The translations under genes were made by a program, and so were the position numbers. The notes below the pieces were generated by a model. It searched no databases. It saw only the letters and a list, made by a program, of their open reading frames with translations, and was not told the DNA's origin. From NCBI GenBank assembly GCA_029953675.1, contig JAMWBK010000005.1:1178001-1242000 (forward strand): a stretch of 64,000 nt of DNA. The letters run 5' to 3'. This document shows, piece by piece, positions 58,741 to 64,000 of the stretch; positions within the stretch are counted from its first letter, which is position 1; each line of letters starts with the position of its first letter. Origin of the DNA: Rhodosorus marinus CCMP1338 (lineage: Eukaryota; Plantae; Rhodophyta).

Positions 58741-60816
58741 ATGGCGGAGAACGGGGACGGGAACGTTCGACGCAGGACGCTGCGGTCGAGTTTCCTAGAT
58801 TTGTTTTCAAGCCGTTCACAATCTTGGGGATGGAACGAGGAGACTTCTGTTGACACGGCTCAGGAGGTGGAGGAGAATGATGTGATTCAACCGTCGCAAA
58901 CCTCAGGACCAGTTCCAGAGGAACCCCCAGCTGGTGAGCACGTGGTTCAACCTCTGCAAACCTCAAGACCAGCTCCCGAGGAACCTCCAGCTGCTGAGCG
59001 CGTGATTCTGGCAGGAGAAATACCTAGTACCTCCAGGACGCCTAGACGGCGACAGCCCGGACAAAGAGAGTTGCCACAAATAGCAACGCGAACCCCGCGA
59101 GCGCCTCCGCGGCCACAGCTTGGACCGAGAGAGGGGCCACAAACAGCAACGCGAACCCCGCGGGCACCTCAGCGACAACAGCTTGGACCGAGAGAGGGTC
59201 TACAAACAACGACGCGAACCCCGCGAACGCCTGTACGGCGGCGGCGTGGACCGAGCGAGGAGCCGCAAATCTCCACGGGAAGTACGCGAGCGATTTCAGG
59301 TCCAGAGTTGACCCCCGAAATTCAAGCCGTGAATTTGGGTCAATTTCCTATTAACAGGCCGAATATGCCCGGACCGGCTAGTCGACTGGGGCCCCCTTCT
59401 ATCCAAAGGTTTGGGGATCCCAACGTTCTGCAGACGCCGCTGGTGAACCACGGACCCCAAACTGGACCATTTGCTACTCCGGAGAATGCTGGGACACGTG
59501 TAGATATTGGACAAGCACCGCTGCTGCACGGTTTTGCGATGGAACGTGCTCGTGAGAGACCCCCAGGAACACCTCCTAGGCTGCCTGGAGCGTTGGAACC
59601 TACGGCGGCAGCGTTGCAACGGCTTAGGCCCAGGGATGTGGCCCAAGATGAAGGAGCTCTCGAGCCCGAGACCCGTCGACGTCGTTTGAACACGCCTCCG
59701 GTGCTGCCCCATATAATGCCTCAAAACCCCGCTTCGGACAGATTCAGGATGCCAGCGTTGCCTGCAGGTGGCAATAGGCCGAGGGCTGACCAGGATCGGA
59801 CTAGAATGCACTTGGACAGGCGACAGTTATTTTTTCGACCAGGTCCTGATGGCCAGGAGCCAGTTCTCGTTCAATGGACTGGAGGGGACCATCAAAATCA
59901 GCCACAACCACAAGGGGACGAGCATCAAGCGGAGCCCGGCCCGCCGGCACAACAACAAGGTCAGCTGGTAGTAAATCCACAGCCACGAGCAGAGCAGCAG
60001 GCGCAGCAACAACAGCAACATCCGCATCACACGCAACCGCAACCGCAACCGCAACCACAACCACAACCTCAACTACGACGGCAACCGCAGCCACAGCGGC
60101 GACAACAGCGTCAGGCACCTCCGACGCCGGGCCAGCAACAACGGCACCCTCAACAGCAGCAACAACAACAGCAACGTCAAGCACCTCCAACGCCGGGGCA
60201 GCAGCAACAGCAGCGTCAAGCACCTCCAACGCCGGGTCAGCAGCAACAGCAGCGTCAAGCACATCCGACGCCGGGTCAGCAGCAACAGCAGCGTCAAGCA
60301 CCTCCGACGCCGGGTCAACAGCAACCCGGAACATCGAGAAAGAGGCTACATTCCGCTAATAAGACTGCAACACCGTTCACGATGAAGCGAATAGAGAAGG
60401 ACCTGAAAGAACTATCGAAGCATGCGATCCCCGGCTTCCACGTTGGCACCAGAGACGGGCTTCTTACTCAATGGGTGCTGCTTATTGAGGGTCCGACGGA
60501 CTCCCCGTACAGCGAAGGGTTGTTTCTCGTGGAAGTGACTTTCCCTGTTGATTATCCATTTGCTGCACCTAGCATACGCTTCCGTACTCGTATATATCAT
60601 TGCAACGTGGATTTGGAAGGGCACGTGAGCATGCCCGTGCTGAGGAACTGGTCACCAACAACGGAGATGTCGGAAGTACTTCACTCGCTCCGCCGAAGGT
60701 TCTTGGAACCGGATCTTCGTCATGCTCAAATGCGCAGTCTTGCTTTCGATTATGTTTATAATCACGAGGTCTACCTTCGAAAAGCTGAAGAGTGGACTGG
60801 GCGATACGCTAAATGA
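58741..60816 (+). CDS. Intronless 691 aa protein: about 540 aa Pro/Gln/Arg repeat-rich region plus a C-terminal UBC (E2) fold with Ser at the catalytic Cys position
   Basis: KRIEKDL, W..LIEGP.DSPY.EG.F...FP.DYPF..P.I.F.TRIYHCNV..GHVSMPVL.NWSP, and A.EWT.RYA. Confidence 0.88.
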   Translation: MAENGDGNVRRRTLRSSFLDLFSSRSQSWGWNEETSVDTAQEVEENDVIQPSQTSGPVPEEPPAGEHVVQPLQTSRPAPEEPPAAERVILAGEIPSTSRTPRRRQPGQRELPQIATRTPRAPPRPQLGPREGPQTATRTPRAPQRQQLGPREGLQTTTRTPRTPVRRRRGPSEEPQISTGSTRAISGPELTPEIQAVNLGQFPINRPNMPGPASRLGPPSIQRFGDPNVLQTPLVNHGPQTGPFATPENAGTRVDIGQAPLLHGFAMERARERPPGTPPRLPGALEPTAAALQRLRPRDVAQDEGALEPETRRRRLNTPPVLPHIMPQNPASDRFRMPALPAGGNRPRADQDRTRMHLDRRQLFFRPGPDGQEPVLVQWTGGDHQNQPQPQGDEHQAEPGPPAQQQGQLVVNPQPRAEQQAQQQQQHPHHTQPQPQPQPQPQPQLRRQPQPQRRQQRQAPPTPGQQQRHPQQQQQQQQRQAPPTPGQQQQQRQAPPTPGQQQQQRQAHPTPGQQQQQRQAPPTPGQQQPGTSRKRLHSANKTATPFTMKRIEKDLKELSKHAIPGFHVGTRDGLLTQWVLLIEGPTDSPYSEGLFLVEVTFPVDYPFAAPSIRFRTRIYHCNVDLEGHVSMPVLRNWSPTTEMSEVLHSLRRRFLEPDLRHAQMRSLAFDYVYNHEVYLRKAEEWTGRYAK
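60106..60327 (+). repeat. Coding minisatellite, five RQA(P/H)PTPG units (mostly 39 bp spacing) within polyQ
   Basis: Read directly from the ORF. Confidence 0.95.
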
Positions 60817-61043
60817 GCGGTCTCATCTTCCTTGTGCGGCATAGCCTTTTTTACAAGGTATCGTAGTTAAGTTGACTCCTAATTTGACCCATGAAAGAGA
60901 AACGTATATATTATACAAAGTACAAAAAGCCGCAACCATCACACTCCTAAGTGGGTCTTTAGAAAGCGTGTTCATAGCGACCAACTGCCAGCGACGTTCT
61001 GAGATGTTCACGCTCAGTTCTGAAAAGAGCAGTTTTTGGTCTC

Positions 61044-63769
61044 TCATTGATTTGCGCTTTCTTCCTGGTGATCCTTGGCGTTTTTGAAGTTCCCAGTGAG
61101 GCCTGACAGCTGATAACGCGGGAGCATTAGGTCAAAGTACCACAGAGGAGGGAGGCGTTTTCCGGCGCTCCGCAGGTCGAGAATCGGAAACGTGCCGCGC
61201 AAGGAAACGTCATGTGCACGGCAGATCTGAGCTTCCGAAGTTCTGGGACTCTGATGAAAGCCTAAGTTGCTCAAGTAGTCTGCATAAGCCGGCAGGAGCT
61301 TGGACCAAAGATCAGCGTAGGTGGTTGACGAAATCTGCCCAATATCAGTGTCCTTGTTCGTAAACTGGTCCTCTCTTGCCCGGGGGAGCTCCTGCAGTTC
61401 CTCGTCCACTCTCTTGTAGAAACCCTCTGCGACAAGTAGATTCTTTCTCTTCATGTACAACTCCGCTAATCCGGCAACGGCAAAAAGTCTCCTGGAGTTG
61501 CCAAGTTTGGAATCCTTTCATTTGCGGAACAACAGGATAGACGGAGCCAAAAACAACCAGTGAGCGCTACGACGGAAAAAAAGGGGGTCTTTGAAAAAGC
61601 CCACAAGCAGTCATCCAACGCCGTTGCTTCGTGCGAGCACTTACGTTCATCATGACCAGCGACCTAGACGTCTGGAAGAGATCCTCAGCAAGGTCTAACT
61701 TGCCCATTTCCAAGCACAGGTATCCCAACTCCGTGGCCATCATTCCACCGATGAGCTCCGCCGTCTCGTGCATCGGAGTGTAGCCGCTCTGTTACGCAGA
61801 AAGTGGAGCACGGAGAATTAGAAAAGTACTCATTTATCCGTCTGATTCCGTCCACCCGGACAACCGTACCATTCGCGTTGTGATCGATATGTAATGCATA
61901 ATCGCATCCTCGAAGTTTGACTCAAGCACTTGTATTCTTCCCATGAGATAATGAGCAGCACCTGCACGACGCAAAAAAGAGGTTTAGAGCAGATGACACG
62001 CAACGAAATGCAAGACTGCTCCAGGACGAAGCTCACAAAAGATGTCCACTTCAAAGTCTCCTTGAGTGGTGTACTGTGCAATCGAGGACAATCTGTCCAT
62101 AGCGTTTTCCATGTTGCCCTGGATTGTCTCGTGTATTCCAACGTTGAGACCAGTAAGACGAATAACCTCGTAATGCCTCAACTGGGACAGTCGTGGATCG
62201 CCATGAGACGGGGTAATTTCATCACAAGCAGCTGCAGCATCCTCTATTTGATCTGACCCATCCATGCCCGCCCTCATGAGCGACATACACAGCGAGTTCA
62301 GTGCGAGAACCATATCCGTGTTCGGGCTCTCAAGGCGAAGGTACTTCAAGGTATTCTTCCTAGCCTGCAGTTCTTCCTGGTACTTGCCTTGAAAATAGTA
62401 GCTTTCCGCAAGGCGATCTTGTTTTCATATCAAATTGGTTAGGACGGAATTTGTCAGTCACGCCATTGTGTTGAGCCAGATTTTTTAATTTTTTTTCAGT
62501 GACTTCAATGGCTTACCTTGGAACTCCGCATGCACAGTCCGGTCTTTCAATCCGCTTACAATATCCCCAACACGAGCTAAGAGCTGCCACTCACGGGTAA
62601 CCTTCTCCATGGAATTTCGCTTTTCGTCACTGAGCATAGCGTAGCGGTTCTCCCTCAGCTTCTTCCTTGCCAGATGGATTTCTGGAAGTACTCCTATTCG
62701 AGCCCTATCATCCAGGAAGAAGTGATATCTTGAACCCCGTCTTCGAGTTTTTCTGAGGATTGCATTATGCGAGAGTAACCGCTTCACAGTCTCCTCATCC
62801 AACTTATGTACTCGAGGAGCGCTGCTGCTTGCACTAGAACCGGGCGATTCCTTCCCGAGCTTCTGTTCTCTACTCACTTTTTCCGCCTTCGGTAATTCAG
62901 CGTCTTCGGCAGCTTCCGGCTTGTCCGTGCCTTTGGTATCTTTACTGCGCTGGGAATTTGCGGGTTTCTTCCTTGCCAGAGGTTTGGCGGTCTCCATTTT
63001 CACCGCCCCTTTCCCCATGACGACTTTCCGCAGTTTTCCATTAGTTGGCTCCTCGCTGCGGCTCTTTGGGCTAGACGGTGTCTTCTTCTTCACATCAACT
63101 GCATCAAAGCTATACTGTCCGTTCAAATTGACCGTGATTTCCTCAACTACTGGCTGAGGATCGTCAGCCCGCAGGCTTGGCCTATCCTCCGCACCAGCAA
63201 TTATTTTGATGCCCTCGATTTCCTCAACAGGTTTCCTGGATCCTGTCGGCTTCCATAGTGCGGAAGAGCCACTCCCTGGAGCTGTATTGCTAGCTGTGCC
63301 CGTGGTGGTTCCTGCTGTTTTCGACTCGGCCTTTGGCTTGAAGGCGATTTTCTTACTGTCTGCTTTAGATTCAGGCTCTGACAATTTCGTGTTTGCTCCT
63401 AGCCTTGCTTTCTGGGGCTTTTCAGTTTTTCTTAAATCCTTCGCCGAGCTTTTTCCATCTTCAGGAGCTTCTTGACGCACGCTCGTCGGAGGTTTCCGCT
63501 TAGCTCTTATCCTTTTGCTCACATCCTTCTCCGAGCTTGTCGCCTCCACCCTTTTCGCTGCAGCTCCAGGTGCTTTCGTCTGAGCTTTCAGCGTCGCATT
63601 TTGAGCCTTTATCGCTGCGCTCACATCCTTCGCTGCCCTTAAAGCACTCGATCTACGACAAAAAACCGAAACAAGAAACCCCGCAAAGTGAGCTTCCATA
63701 CCCCAATAACCAGGTCATCAGTGCTTTGGATGATAAAACAAAGCAAACCTACCTTCTTAACGCCCACAT
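61044..63769 (-). CDS. Multi-exon protein with Lys/Ala/Ser-rich N-terminal half and helical TPR-like C-terminal half; possible mitochondrial presequence (MWALRR|SSALRAAK)
   Basis: ORFs 62485-63699, 61984-62349, 61567-61773 and 61044-61460 lie near GT-AG sites. LGYLCLEMGKLDLAEDLF and YMKRKNLLVAEGFY are TPR-like. Exon structure was only partly checked. Confidence 0.65.
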
Positions 63770-64000
63770 GCTGTGCCTTCCCCCCTCCTTAACACATCTG
63801 TTCGTTCATCTATACCCCCGCCCACCACACAAGAAGTCTAGCAAAGCCTAAAATCGAGAACCAGAGGACGCAAGCAGGACGAGCAAAACAAATGAAACAT
63901 CCGAAAAAAGCAAAATATCCGTGCAGACTACTAAATTGGGGGGGGGGGATTTATAAGGCCTTCCTCATCCCCCAAACTCTACTCGCAAAACAGAGACCCA

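Noticed and set aside
59296-60359. Alternative-frame and antisense ORFs (Thr/Ala-rich 59874-60359, Ala/Val-rich 59801-60334 and others)
   Set aside because: They are shadows of the CAG/CAA coding repeats in the 691 aa ORF.

Overview
Compact eukaryotic genomic DNA with short GT-AG introns of about 85-130 nt. Gene content and style are compatible with a unicellular alga such as a red alga, but the taxon is only an inference. No CRISPR, rRNA or convincing tRNA was found. Fourteen host genes are supported: a DA2/GW2/SIP5-type RING protein, a BORCS5-like protein, a PH-AGC kinase, PP5, an EEF1AKMT4-like methyltransferase, two tandem penta-EF-hand proteins, heme-b5 sulfite oxidase, a METTL21-like methyltransferase, RRP4, TruB, PP2C, a repeat-rich UBC-fold protein with Ser at the catalytic Cys position, and a TPR-like protein. 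The main structure is an ~18 kb gene-free island (about 25.4-43.8 kb). It consists of nested, 5'-truncated CRE-type non-LTR retrotransposons (RT, CCHC knuckle, restriction-like endonuclease) in both orientations, plus Copia and Gypsy-like relics and a hAT-type MITE. The island has 11 recognisable element 3' termini, tail-only remnants at fragment junctions, target-site duplications that order the insertions, and repeated fold-back inverted duplications. One fold-back is a 21-22 bp perfect hairpin inside the RT QGDPLGP motif, shared by two copies. Older relics (RLE non-LTR, a probable DIRS/Ngaro tyrosine-recombinase element, possible DNA transposases) lie at about 0-2, 9-15.6 and 54-58 kb. All family assignments are by eye from motifs; no database searches were run.
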